DNA of 64,000 nucleotides from an uncultured delta proteobacterium (GCA_963789265.1 CAWBKB010000005.1:128001-192000), one strand, 5' to 3'. Counted from the stretch's first letter, positions 10,538-20,748 are shown. The notes: generated by a model from the sequence alone, not told the origin. Numbers and translations: made by a program.

Positions 10538-11095
10538 CTACACGCTCGGATGGGAAATTGTGTGGGACTCTTGGCTCACCTGTCTTCCCGGCATGCCTGG
10601 CGTGACCTCAAGAGCCTCCAAAATCTCTCGCATGTGATCGATATGCGAACCAAGATGCTCTTCACCGATTGTGCGTGCCCACACTGCAAGGGTGGGATAC
10701 TCACCTATCGGGGTTTCCTTTAGCAATGGAACATGAGCCTTCCGGTTGAGTTCTTCTTCTGACAAACCTTCCACGAATTCTGCAATGCGGCCGTATTCCT
10801 CTCCAAACTCTGCGAGAAGTTCAGCAAAAGACATGCGGGCTCGATTCTCGGAAAAGAAAGGATCCTCGGTCTCGATGTCAAGCCGAGGAATATCTTTTTC
10901 CACGAACACGGAAAAAGTCGGCATCATTCCCGCACCCTCGGGACCGCACAGATGTGAGACGACCTGTTTAGGTGACCAGCGGTCGGAAGGTGCACGAGAA
11001 GCTGTTTCCTCGTCGATTCCCTCGCATACTTCTTTGAACGCAGCCACGTTTTGGTGGATGAGTTCAGACAATTGGACGCCTTCGTTTGTTGGCAT
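10538..11095 (-). CDS. DinB/YfiT-family protein
   Basis: APSDRWSPKQVVSHL and C-terminal EHLGSHIDHM histidine pattern. Confidence 0.8.
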   Translation of the reverse strand: MPTNEGVQLSELIHQNVAAFKEVCEGIDEETASRAPSDRWSPKQVVSHLCGPEGAGMMPTFSVFVEKDIPRLDIETEDPFFSENRARMSFAELLAEFGEEYGRIAEFVEGLSEEELNRKAHVPLLKETPIGEYPTLAVWARTIGEEHLGSHIDHMREILEALEVTPGMPGRQVSQESHTISHPSV

Positions 11096-11476
11096 TGCAC
11101 TTATCTCCTTTCGAGTTACCGCGAAATCAGTCTTGATACATCAAATTTAGTACCGTGCCGTTGCCGAGGTAATAGGCGGAGTGCTTATTAAACGAACCGA
11201 CACCGTTTTGGATCTAGTCCGGAAAGCTTTCCCTTTGCCTTTAAGAGTGAAAAGGAGCAATTTCTCCGAGTCACGATCACAAATCGCCCGATAGCCTTCA
11301 CAATCCGCGACCACACTTGAGAATCTATGCACCGGCCTAGAATTTGTGCGACTTGATGGCGAACAGAAAGGATACTATACTGCGTGACAGTCTTATTTGG
11401 TTTTCCGCTTGGAACTGTCGGGCATTGTGGGACAGCTTGCTCATGATTAGTCCCTAATTCTCGGTCCTGGTTTGCA

Positions 11477-12337
11477 ATGAAGGATGGTAGTGGATTCATA
11501 GGCATTTTCGACTCCGGCGTCGGTGGACTCAGTGTGTGGCGTGAAATAGCTCTCCAACTGCCATACGAATCTACCCTTTATCTGGCCGATCAGGCTCACG
11601 TGCCGTACGGTTCCCGTTCCTTGACAGAGGTTCGCGAATTTGCGGAAGGGATAACACGGTTTTTGATGGCCCAAGGCGCCAAGATCGTAGTCATTGCCAG
11701 CAATACGAGTTCGGCCGCCGCGCTGTATCATCTACGTAATCTGTTTCCAGACGTCCCTTTTGTGGGCATGGAACCGGCTCTCAAACCTGCCATTGAGCGA
11801 ACTCGAACCGGTGTCGTGGGTGTCATTGCCACCACGGCCACTTTTCAAGGGGAGCCCTTTGCCAACCTGATCAGGCGATACACAAATGGTGTGTCCGTAG
11901 TCTCCCAAGCCTGCCCGGGTCTCGTAGACGCGGTCGAGACGGGCGCGTTGGACAGCCCCGAAACTACTGCTCTGCTGGAGAGATACCTCTCACCAATGAT
12001 TGAAGCCGACGTGGACCAATTGGTGCTCGGTTGCACTCACTATCCTTTCCTCCGACCAATTATTGAAAAATGGATGGGCCCAGGCACGGAAGTGATAGAT
12101 CCTGCTCCTTCTGTTGCTCGCCGGGTTGCGCATATACTTGCAAAAGCCAACCGGAAAGCGACGTCTGATTCGGCCTCGAGCCGAAACCGGAACTTTGAGG
12201 GGCGTCACATTTTTTATACCAGCGGGGATACGGCTGCCTTCACAAGGATGATCGAGCGGCTGGTGTTTCCAGTTGCAGGCAGTTACCCGGATGTGCGCGC
12301 AGTTGCTTGGCAAGCAGGCTTAAAGCGCATTTTCTAA
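11477..12337 (+). CDS. murI: Glutamate racemase
   Basis: IGIFDSGVGGLSV, VPYGSR, LGCTHYP; the first catalytic Cys motif reads ASNT instead of ACNT. Confidence 0.92.
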   Translation: MKDGSGFIGIFDSGVGGLSVWREIALQLPYESTLYLADQAHVPYGSRSLTEVREFAEGITRFLMAQGAKIVVIASNTSSAAALYHLRNLFPDVPFVGMEPALKPAIERTRTGVVGVIATTATFQGEPFANLIRRYTNGVSVVSQACPGLVDAVETGALDSPETTALLERYLSPMIEADVDQLVLGCTHYPFLRPIIEKWMGPGTEVIDPAPSVARRVAHILAKANRKATSDSASSRNRNFEGRHIFYTSGDTAAFTRMIERLVFPVAGSYPDVRAVAWQAGLKRIF

Positions 12338-12418
12338 GTACGGTGCGCATTGCACGGTAGATCCGGCCTCCGCGCCGGTCTCTCGGAAATCGCCGGCACG
12401 GAGGCCGGATCTACTTAG
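12335..12418. repeat. GTAG-type palindromic REP/MITE-like repeat between convergent genes
   Basis: GTAGATCCGGCCTCCGCGCCGG...CCGGCACGGAGGCCGGATCTAC hairpin; the leader TACGGTG...TTGCACGGTAG is shared with the copy at about 35195. Confidence 0.75.
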
Positions 12419-12468
12419 AGCGATTGCCAAGAATATCCACCTGTAACGATACGAGGATGTATTAGGGG

Positions 12469-12969
12469 CTACCTGACACCGAACAAACCGGGGAAGCACA
12501 CGGCTGCCAGATGCAAGAATCCTGCTGCGTACAGCGACGCGATAAGGTCATCCCCGAGAATGCCCCAGCCATAGGGAAGGTGTTCCATTTTGGAGGCCGG
12601 CCAAGGTTTAATAATGTCAAAAACCCTCGTAACTACGAACGCCCAGATGATAGTCACAGCAAGACTCGGAACTCTGAAGAGCAATACAGTTACGAAGAAG
12701 CCTGCAAGCTCATCCAGAACAAAATATCTGGGGTCCTTTCTATTCCAGTAGTGTTCGGCCCACTTCCCGAGAAGCACTGCCATAATACAGGTCACGACGA
12801 GAGCCGCTGCAATTAAAGGCGTTTCCAGTTGCTCGCGCCCGAATAGTTTAATAATGACAAAGACAATCACTGCGGCTAGGCTGGCCACCGTCCCTGGAGC
12901 TACCGGCGAATAACCGAGCCACAATGATGTGCAAAGGGCCTCACGAATGCGATCTTGCCATGTTGCCAT
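12469..12969 (-). CDS. pgpA: Phosphatidylglycerophosphatase A
   Basis: GYSPVAPGTVASL, KDP..FVLDELAG, RVFDIIKPWP, GILGDDLIA. Confidence 0.92.
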   Translation of the reverse strand: MATWQDRIREALCTSLWLGYSPVAPGTVASLAAVIVFVIIKLFGREQLETPLIAAALVVTCIMAVLLGKWAEHYWNRKDPRYFVLDELAGFFVTVLLFRVPSLAVTIIWAFVVTRVFDIIKPWPASKMEHLPYGWGILGDDLIASLYAAGFLHLAAVCFPGLFGVR

Positions 12970-13069
12970 AAGTTAACCGGGGAGGATTAATGTGCTATAA
13001 AACCATTCTGGAAAACGGACGGGACGGGTCACGTACCCATTCACTTCCGCAAGGAATCTTCTGTGCTTT

Positions 13070-13146
13070 GTCATTGCGAGAAGCGAAGCGACGAAGCAAT
13101 CTAAACTGCCTCTCAAAGTAAAGATTGCTTCGCTTCTCGCAATGAC
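13070..13146. repeat. Palindromic repeat GTCATTGCGAG...GAAGCAATCT-spacer-AGATTGCTTC...CTCGCAATGAC (gene-less copy)
   Basis: Inverted termini with the same core as the repeats around the GIY-YIG gene at 42535-43156. Confidence 0.88.
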
Positions 13147-13278
13147 AGTCGTTCAGGCTCGTACGTGAATGCTTGCCGAATTTCGTCAGAGAAACCTCGG
13201 CTGCTTTGACTGAAATTCTTATACAAAAAATTTGGGAACGTCTACCTAATTAAGTTTTACTGAGTATGGGAGGATACC

Positions 13279-13929
13279 CTGGAGTCTACGAACAAGAAGC
13301 TGATTCTCGCAAGACATGGTGAGACGATTTTCAATCGTGACGGATTTATCATGGGCCGAAGCGATTCTGCGCTCACGCCCCGAGGTCTCAAAGCAGCTAA
13401 GCAGGTGGCCGGGATTGTTCAATGCCAGGGAATCCGCACGGTTTTTTCCAGCTCTTTGGGAAGAGCTCGTTTGAGCGCGCAGATATACACGGAGGGGATG
13501 GGGCTTCCCATACATGTGCGAGATGCTATGGCGGAACTTTGCTGCGGTGATTGGGAGGGAAAGCGGCGCAGCGAGGTCCTGAAGGAGGAGCACCTTATCC
13601 GGAATACCTGGCAGGACAAACCTCCCGGTGGAGAGAGCTATTCGGATGCCGAAACGCGGGTTTCGCAGTTCATCCGGGAAATAACGTCGGAATGGGTTCA
13701 GTATCCCGTTCTCGTGGTAGCCCACGCGAGCGTGAATCGAGTATTCCTAAAGCTGTGGTCGGGCCTGGACGCGCAGTGCGCCATCATAATCAACTGCCCG
13801 CACGATACGGTTTATATTATTGAAGAACGGCGGAGAATTGTCGCTCGGTCCGTCAGCGGCTCTCAGACCGAGGGCTTTCTATTCCACCTGGAGAGAGTCC
13901 CGAGTAACCAAGACCGGCATTGCGGGTAA
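13279..13929 (+). CDS. Histidine phosphatase (phosphoglycerate mutase) family protein
   Basis: LILARHGET motif lies upstream of the ORF-track start, in frame from CTG at 13279 with a GGAGG RBS; also SSSLGRARLSA, PGGES, LVVAH. Confidence 0.88.
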   Translation: MESTNKKLILARHGETIFNRDGFIMGRSDSALTPRGLKAAKQVAGIVQCQGIRTVFSSSLGRARLSAQIYTEGMGLPIHVRDAMAELCCGDWEGKRRSEVLKEEHLIRNTWQDKPPGGESYSDAETRVSQFIREITSEWVQYPVLVVAHASVNRVFLKLWSGLDAQCAIIINCPHDTVYIIEERRRIVARSVSGSQTEGFLFHLERVPSNQDRHCG

Positions 13930-14763
13930 CTCCCTTACCGTGAGGGGGGCAAAGGGGACCCGCTGAACGATCCGCTTCGACATCTCGGCCTTTATGATGA
14001 TGTTCCACCCAAAACGGTTGTACGGGAAGATCCTGCCAAGCTTCTTGTCTATCCAGCTCAAAGCGTCCAGCCTCAGAAACATTTTTTTTGAAGACGGCAA
14101 TGGAGGAAGCTTGTACGGGACGATGTAGATTGATCTCCACGATACCACCCGAAAGCCCGCGGCCTCCAACTTCCTACGCAAACTCATCGGGGTGTAAAAA
14201 CGCAAGTGAGTTTCATCCCACCCAAACCATTCTTTATTTCCCCGAATTACACGATGATATGTGCCTTGAAGCAGATAATTGAGCGACAGGGAATTCTGAG
14301 TGCTCAAAACTATTCGCCCGCCCGGAACGAGAGAGGCCGCAGCAGCTCCAAGTAGGCCCTGATCGTCCCGGACATGTTCGATCACATCTTTCATGAGGAC
14401 GACGTCGAAACGGCGACGGGAAGAAAATGACGGGAAGTCCTCGCTTCGAATGAAAGTGCACAAATGGTGGACTCTTTCCTCTCGAGCAAAATGTATGGCG
14501 GTAGAAAGCGCAGCAGGCTCTGCATCTACCCCAACGATGTCCGACGCGCCTTCAAGTGCAGCGTGTACGGTAAACATCCCCGCGCCGCAGCCATAGTCGA
14601 GAAACCGTTTTCCCTTCAAATCTCCGAGCAGTTCCAGGATGAAAGCGTTCTTGGCTCGACTGTAAGCCTTGTCCTGTTGATCCAGATATGCTGCAAGAGC
14701 CTTTTTAGGATCGTGGGATCTCAGCCAGTGGCCGTCCGGGTATGTGTTTCTTTGGGGGTCCAT
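13879..14763 (-). CDS. Class I SAM-dependent methyltransferase
   Basis: FLDYGCGAG motif I, FDVVLMKDVIEHV, LVPGGRIVLST. Confidence 0.9.
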   Translation of the reverse strand: MDPQRNTYPDGHWLRSHDPKKALAAYLDQQDKAYSRAKNAFILELLGDLKGKRFLDYGCGAGMFTVHAALEGASDIVGVDAEPAALSTAIHFAREERVHHLCTFIRSEDFPSFSSRRRFDVVLMKDVIEHVRDDQGLLGAAAASLVPGGRIVLSTQNSLSLNYLLQGTYHRVIRGNKEWFGWDETHLRFYTPMSLRRKLEAAGFRVVSWRSIYIVPYKLPPLPSSKKMFLRLDALSWIDKKLGRIFPYNRFGWNIIIKAEMSKRIVQRVPFAPLTVRELPAMPVLVTRDSLQVE

Positions 14764-15957
14764 CTAAAACTTCACGAGTTCCCGATATAAGCTCTCCCAG
14801 GCATCTCTCTCTCGCGCCGGCGAGAACTCTTCCATTTTATGCCTCGCTGCTTCGCCGAGGGATTCGGCGAGCCCGGGAGTTGTCATAATTTCCGTAAGAG
14901 CGCAGGCCAGAGCGTCGGAATCACCCCACGGAACCAAAAGACCGGTGATACGATCTTCTGCAAGTGTCTCAACCGCGCCTGTGCGTGTCGCGATGGAGGG
15001 CACTCCAGATGCCATTGCTTCCATTAGTATATTAGGACATCCTTCGGACACAGACGAGAGGACAAACACATCGAGGCTCCGAAGCCACTCCGGCACTCGT
15101 TCGTGCGGAATAGCTTTTGTAAAACTTAAGATATCCTCTATTCCGGTCCTGTGAACCATTTGATGGAAAACTTCCTGCTCCGATTCCCTCAATTCCCCAA
15201 GAAGTTCCAAGACTAGTGGCCGCTGCTGTTTGAGCCGTGCCGCGGCCTTGAACATATACGGCAATCCCTTAGCATACTTAAATATTCCTGCACACCCTAT
15301 TCGAAAGCATTCGTTATCGCTTTTCGGGCGTGACCAAACTTTCTCAGGGAGGTCCACAGAATTATAAATAATCCGGGACTTGTGTTCGATGGGAGTAAGA
15401 GCATGGGCCATTTCCACCAGGTCCCGGCTGAGCGCGACCACTCTATCCGCGTTTTCCAGGCCGCTTCGGCACGCGCTCACCTTTTCCGGGCTGAAGATAT
15501 ACTTCTTCACGTCATTGCCTACAACCGTGAGCACCGACGGTATGCCCGCTCGACGTGCCAGCAGTCCGGTTACGTACCCAGCCGGCCATAAGAAAAAGGA
15601 ATGAAAAAAATCAAACGCCTCCTGCCGATGGAGTATCTCCAGCGACTGATACATCATCTGCAACGTGAGAGTGTGCGGACAATCCCACAAACTTCGCCCC
15701 GAATCAATAATCCTTTCCCTCCCTAACGCCAATCTGTGGAGTGTGATTCCGTCTAATTGGCGGGTCTGCCGGTTCTCGTCCAAGAGTACAAAATCCTGCT
15801 CCGCTATTTCAAGCTGGGCAACGTGGACTTCAAGGCCCATGTTTGCGGCGTGTCGGGCCACTCTCTCGACGGTTCTGGCCAGTCCGCCCCATTGGGCGGG
15901 TGGAAATTCAGGGGTCGTTATACAAAATTTTGCTCGTTTCTCTCGGATCTTGTTCAT
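14764..15957 (-). CDS. GT4-family glycosyltransferase
   Basis: EFPP..WGG, KYAKGL, SVSEGCPNILMEAMASGVP. Confidence 0.92.
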   Translation of the reverse strand: MNKIREKRAKFCITTPEFPPAQWGGLARTVERVARHAANMGLEVHVAQLEIAEQDFVLLDENRQTRQLDGITLHRLALGRERIIDSGRSLWDCPHTLTLQMMYQSLEILHRQEAFDFFHSFFLWPAGYVTGLLARRAGIPSVLTVVGNDVKKYIFSPEKVSACRSGLENADRVVALSRDLVEMAHALTPIEHKSRIIYNSVDLPEKVWSRPKSDNECFRIGCAGIFKYAKGLPYMFKAAARLKQQRPLVLELLGELRESEQEVFHQMVHRTGIEDILSFTKAIPHERVPEWLRSLDVFVLSSVSEGCPNILMEAMASGVPSIATRTGAVETLAEDRITGLLVPWGDSDALACALTEIMTTPGLAESLGEAARHKMEEFSPARERDAWESLYRELVKF

Positions 15958-16118
15958 CTAGACGGCTTCTGTTTTCGCTTTCCAGTACTCTGATGAGTTG
16001 CATACTCTGAGAAATATTTCTATCATCCGGGTGAAAGAACGGGAAGAATTACTTCATACAATACCTTAGACATGGCGACTCTTCGCCGGGTTTCCGCGTC
16101 TTCAAAGCACGGGTCAGT

Positions 16119-17219
16119 ATGCGCATCGGAATCGTCTTCCATAAGAATCCCTTTGCCCCGCCCACAGGCATTGATCTCGTCCGTCTACGTGCCATTTCCC
16201 TCGGGCTTATACGCAAGGGCGTAAGCACTGAAATTGTAGCACCGATTGACTGCGAAGGCATGCTGGAAGGAATCGTACCTGTAAGACGCGTTGACGCCCT
16301 TGAAGAGGCCGGCCGTTACGATCTCGTCAAGACCTGTTATCATGATTCGATCTTGCTGATCGAGCCCTACCGGGGCCCTGTTGTTTCGCGCATCGTCAGG
16401 GTAGTGGACAAGGAACTGCCGGAAAGAGACGCGCCTTTTCGTGAGAAGCTCCTTCGCTGCCAGGCCCTCATCCGAGATCGGGCTTCCGCGGTGGTCTTGA
16501 ACAACGTGGAAAATCAGGAGCGCTGGAAGAGTTTCTATGGTGAAGACTTGCCGATTGCTCTGATTCCCACAGGTTGCCTCGCGCATATTTCGCTGCCGGG
16601 CCCGAATCCATACACCCCGGGCGAGCGCACTTTGCTGTTCCTGGGAAGTCTCGCGGCTCCCCGTATGGTTCGGATGCTAAATCAGGCGGCCCGTTTGTTG
16701 CGCGATAGAGTCCGCGTTCACCTTGTGGGAATAAACAAGGCATGCATGTACGGAGGCGCTGAAAAGAATTGCACGCTTGATCCGCTAGTAGTCGATCACG
16801 GCGAGCTACCTGAAAAACGGGTCTGGGACTATATCCGTTATGCTAACGTCGGGCTGGCGTTGGCCGCGGGGCCGCACGCGTTCGACAACGACGTATCCAA
16901 GATTCTGAACTATTTGCGAGGCGGACTACCCGCGGTGTCCGAGGAACCTGTGCTCACCAACGAACTTATTCGGCAGACAGGATATGGAAGGACTTTCGCG
17001 TTTGAAGATGTCGAAGATCTGGTGTCCAAGACTCTGGAGTTGATCGAGAACCCGCTCACCGAAAAGAGAGATGAGGTCATGAGGTTCATGGCCGCGGAAC
17101 ATTCGTGGGACAAGAGGGTTGATACCTATGTGGATCTGTTCCGCAAGGTCCTGACCAATAATGCCCCGGCATTGTGCGAATACGAAGACCTTGAGACGAA
17201 TCCATATTCCAAGGGGTAG
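16119..17219 (+). CDS. GT-B fold glycosyltransferase (divergent GT4-like)
   Basis: LLFLGSL, SKILNYLRGGLPAVS, EHSWDKRVDTY C-terminal pattern. Confidence 0.8.
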   Translation: MRIGIVFHKNPFAPPTGIDLVRLRAISLGLIRKGVSTEIVAPIDCEGMLEGIVPVRRVDALEEAGRYDLVKTCYHDSILLIEPYRGPVVSRIVRVVDKELPERDAPFREKLLRCQALIRDRASAVVLNNVENQERWKSFYGEDLPIALIPTGCLAHISLPGPNPYTPGERTLLFLGSLAAPRMVRMLNQAARLLRDRVRVHLVGINKACMYGGAEKNCTLDPLVVDHGELPEKRVWDYIRYANVGLALAAGPHAFDNDVSKILNYLRGGLPAVSEEPVLTNELIRQTGYGRTFAFEDVEDLVSKTLELIENPLTEKRDEVMRFMAAEHSWDKRVDTYVDLFRKVLTNNAPALCEYEDLETNPYSKG

Positions 17220-17332
17220 GACGGCGAGTCTTCTTTATTAAGGCAGGTTTCTCCCAACCTGCTCCTAGCAACTCTAACGTTTGCCGGAATCCTCATTTCA
17301 CCGGCGGTGAAATGAGGATTCCGGCAAGGGCT

Positions 17333-17392
17333 AGAAGTTCTTGGAGAGGGGTTCGGGGAGGACCTTCTTTCAAGAAGGTCCTCCCCGATTCT
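17333..17392. repeat. Palindromic intergenic repeat (CGGGGAGGACCTTCTT-TC-AAGAAGGTCCTCCCCG)
   Basis: Long perfect inverted repeat visible in the sequence. Confidence 0.7.
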
Positions 17393-17423
17393 TCCTCCTT
17401 TGAAGATCAACCGGTAGGACAGC

Positions 17424-18872
17424 ATGAAAGTAGTTCTTGTACGCCCGCCATTTTACTCGCTCTTCGGTATGACCATACCAAAGATGAAGACCTATCCTTT
17501 GAATCTCCTCTACCTGGCCACTTTTGTCAGAGATCGAGGCGGATACGACGCGGCGGTCGTGGACGGAGAAAACGTGTCGGTGCCGCCCGTGGAAGCGATC
17601 CGGGAGTCGATGCAAGACCCTGCGGTTGTCATGCACCAGGGGATTCCCCGCATGGTCAAGATGCTGGAAGACCCTCAGCACGCGATCTGGGAGGAGATGG
17701 AAAGAAGAATCCTTGCAGAAAATCCCGACCTGGTGGGCATCACGTGCAACTCGGGGAATATGGATACGGCCCGCATTCTGACAGGGCGGTTGAAACGCGG
17801 AGGCGTGCCTGTGATTCTCGGAGGAAGCCATCCCACGGTTCTACCCGAACAGAGCCTCAACTATACGGGCGCCGATATGGCGGCAATCGGGGAAGGTGAA
17901 CTGACCTTTGTGAAAGTTATGGACGCGCTGAGTGCGAAAGGGTCTCCGGCGGACATCCCTTCGCTCGCGTGGCGCAAAATCGGCCGAATCACCGTGAATC
18001 CACGAGCTGAGCTCATCCCGGAGATCGACGATATACCAATCCCGGACCGCGCGTTCATCAACCGATCCGAATATTTTGGCGAAGTTATTCTCACCGGCCG
18101 CGGCTGCCCGTTCAACTGTGCTTACTGTGCGTCACAAAACATCTGGGGCCGCAAAGTTCGATTGCGATCGGTCGGCTCTATTATCCAAGAGCTTGAAATT
18201 CTGAGGCGTTCTGCCGAATCAGAAAATGATCCCAAGGTAAACCAACATGACGGGCAATTCTCCGATCCCATCCCCGGCCGATGGGTAGTCAAAGTGGTGG
18301 ATGACACCTTCACAGTGAACCGCAAACGTACGCTGGAGCTGCTTGATGAAATCATCGCGGCCGGTCTGAATTGTTTCGAGTTTACCGGCGGGGTTCGGGC
18401 CGACACTCTGGATGAGGTTCTAGTCACGAAGATGAGTGAGGCAAATTTCAAGCGGGTCACCTTGGGCGTGGAAAGCGGCAGCCCGCGCATTTTGAAGATG
18501 ATTCGCAAGGGTGAAACAAGCGAAGACGTGAAAAGGGCGATCAGATTGCTTCGCGAGGCCGGGATACGCTCGCACGCGTTTTTCATGATCGGCCTGCCCG
18601 ATGAAACACCGGAAGACGTAGAGCTTTCCAAGAAGCTGATCCTGGACGTTCAGCCCGATCACGTGGAGATCAACATGGTCACACCGTACCCGGGTACGGA
18701 CATCTTCGCCAAGCTCATTCCGGAAGATCCTGCAAAGATCGACCGCTGGTACAGGTGGTTCCACCAGGGCATGGCCACCCATTCGGATCGCTTAGGCTAT
18801 GATTTGGACCGCGCGTACGAGAATTTTCTTGCGTTTGCGAGGGAGTACCATGCGGGAAGAGGGGAAAGGTGA
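17424..18872 (+). CDS. B12-binding domain radical SAM protein
   Basis: YPLNLLYLA, GGSHPT, GEGE, GRGCPFNCAYC, VDDTFT, LGVESGS, TPYPGT. Confidence 0.93.
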   Translation: MKVVLVRPPFYSLFGMTIPKMKTYPLNLLYLATFVRDRGGYDAAVVDGENVSVPPVEAIRESMQDPAVVMHQGIPRMVKMLEDPQHAIWEEMERRILAENPDLVGITCNSGNMDTARILTGRLKRGGVPVILGGSHPTVLPEQSLNYTGADMAAIGEGELTFVKVMDALSAKGSPADIPSLAWRKIGRITVNPRAELIPEIDDIPIPDRAFINRSEYFGEVILTGRGCPFNCAYCASQNIWGRKVRLRSVGSIIQELEILRRSAESENDPKVNQHDGQFSDPIPGRWVVKVVDDTFTVNRKRTLELLDEIIAAGLNCFEFTGGVRADTLDEVLVTKMSEANFKRVTLGVESGSPRILKMIRKGETSEDVKRAIRLLREAGIRSHAFFMIGLPDETPEDVELSKKLILDVQPDHVEINMVTPYPGTDIFAKLIPEDPAKIDRWYRWFHQGMATHSDRLGYDLDRAYENFLAFAREYHAGRGER

Positions 18873-19125
18873 TAGGAAGTGAGGTCACAAGTGACGTGAT
18901 CCATATCTTAAAACTGCATGAACCCAAGAAACTTGAGACGCGAACCCATGACATGTTATGGGATCCTCAGGATGTGAACTCCTGCCTCTTCCAATGTTCA
19001 GGAGTTTTGTGAAGAAGGTAACGGGCGGCCTTGGCCAATTTGTGCAGAGTGCTTTTTTTCTGATATTTGAAAAAGAAAGATGAAATAAAGGCTGCCCAAT
19101 AGACTCCGAAGAAAGAAGGTGTCAC

Positions 19126-20133
19126 ATGGACCGTGTGGAATACGAGAAATTGATTATTCAAGATCTAATCAATCTCAACAGGAACCGAGAACTCCAACTG
19201 AATCCTTGGTACCAACGACGATCTGTTTGGACTCCGCCACAGAAAGCATACCTAATCAACACACTCTTTGAGCAGAAACCAATCCCTTCACTATACATTC
19301 GTCACTCACTCGACATTGATGCCGAGAAAAGCATAAGAGAAGTCGTGGATGGTCAACAACGTATCAGAGCAGTGCTAGAATATGTCGAAGGCGCTTTTGC
19401 TGCAACCCATCCCGCATATCCCAGGAAAATAAAGTACTCCCAACTCAAGCGAGCTGAAGCGGAGCATTTCAAATTAACAAGTATTTCTGTAGGTTATCTG
19501 CTAGGAGCTACTGACGAGGATGTTATAGAAATATTTGGGAGATTAAACTCAGTCGCCAAGACCCTCAATGCTCAGGAAAAGCGCAACGCACGTTTCAGCG
19601 GGGAGTACAAACAGTTCTGCCTCCGCCAAGCCGCACAACGGCTACCAATGTGGCGCAACCTGAACATTTTTACCGCTACCGAGATTGCGCGCATGAGTGA
19701 AGTCCAGTTCGTATCAGATTTGGCCCTGAACTTTATTAGCGGTCTTTCGGACTACAGTTCCGGCAACCTAGACAAAATCTATAAAGATTATGATGAAGAG
19801 TTCCCTCAGCAAGAAGAGCTGGAACGGAGATTCGAGGAAACATTCTCTCAAATTGCAGCGATGAAACCAGAGGCAATCCGTGACACCGCGTTTCAGCGAC
19901 AACCGCTCTTCTTCTCGCTTTGTGTCGTACTGGATGGAGCCCCACAAGAATTTCCCACGGCCAGAATTGAGTCAGCTTTACATGCAATAGATGAGATCTT
20001 GAATTCTGATCTCTCTCTTTCGGAACGCAAAAAAGAGGATGCAGACTTCTATGCGGCCTGTACCGCTAGCACTCAACGCATCAAGCAGCGGCGAACAAGG
20101 GACGCGTTCATCAAGAAACACCTTGGCATTTGA
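19126..20133 (+). CDS. DUF262 (GmrS/ParB-like) domain protein
   Basis: LNPWYQRRSVW...LINTL...PIPSLY...VVDGQQR...IFGRLNS...LNAQEKRNA. Confidence 0.9.
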   Translation: MDRVEYEKLIIQDLINLNRNRELQLNPWYQRRSVWTPPQKAYLINTLFEQKPIPSLYIRHSLDIDAEKSIREVVDGQQRIRAVLEYVEGAFAATHPAYPRKIKYSQLKRAEAEHFKLTSISVGYLLGATDEDVIEIFGRLNSVAKTLNAQEKRNARFSGEYKQFCLRQAAQRLPMWRNLNIFTATEIARMSEVQFVSDLALNFISGLSDYSSGNLDKIYKDYDEEFPQQEELERRFEETFSQIAAMKPEAIRDTAFQRQPLFFSLCVVLDGAPQEFPTARIESALHAIDEILNSDLSLSERKKEDADFYAACTASTQRIKQRRTRDAFIKKHLGI

Positions 20134-20142
20134 GTGTAAGCG

Positions 20143-20748
20143 ATGCCTAGCGTCTCGCCAGACTACCTTCTTCACCAGTCGCAAACATCCCGACTATTGC
20201 TTATGGCTGGCAAACTCATAGGTTTACCTCCTGTTTATCAGAAACTTGTAGCAGAGGTAATAATTTTGCGCTTGTTTTCACTGTTTGAGAACCTAGTTTC
20301 CTCTGTCCCTGCAAAGCTTGTATCAGGGGCCACGTTTATGGATGGCACAGTACCAAGACTGTTAACCACTGTACGCTCTTCGCAAAGGGCTCAAGGCCTT
20401 TTCCATACCTATGGCCGTATAAAACCAAAGTATCAACTCCATTGGTCAAAGGCGTCAGAAATCAAAGAAAATGTGAGACATGTTATGGATGCAGGGGATA
20501 ATTATGTCTCCGTCATTGATACAAACGGCTCATTCATTGACGAAGTGAGGCGGGTAAGAAACCGAATCGCGCACAACAATTCACAGTCACGTGATAAGTA
20601 CAGAGAAGTCGTCAGGCGATATTACGGTGCATACGTGAACCGCGTAACGCCCGGCACCCTGCGACTGTCCTCAAGAATTATTCCGTGCTTGTTGGAACAG
20701 TACATAAGAAAGGCACGGGTACTCGCCAAGGATCTTGTAAAGGCATAG
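20143..20748 (+). CDS. HEPN-domain putative ribonuclease
   Basis: N-terminal RLFSLFE helix and RxxxxH motif RNRIAH; starts 9 bp after the DUF262 gene. Confidence 0.75.
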   Translation: MPSVSPDYLLHQSQTSRLLLMAGKLIGLPPVYQKLVAEVIILRLFSLFENLVSSVPAKLVSGATFMDGTVPRLLTTVRSSQRAQGLFHTYGRIKPKYQLHWSKASEIKENVRHVMDAGDNYVSVIDTNGSFIDEVRRVRNRIAHNNSQSRDKYREVVRRYYGAYVNRVTPGTLRLSSRIIPCLLEQYIRKARVLAKDLVKA

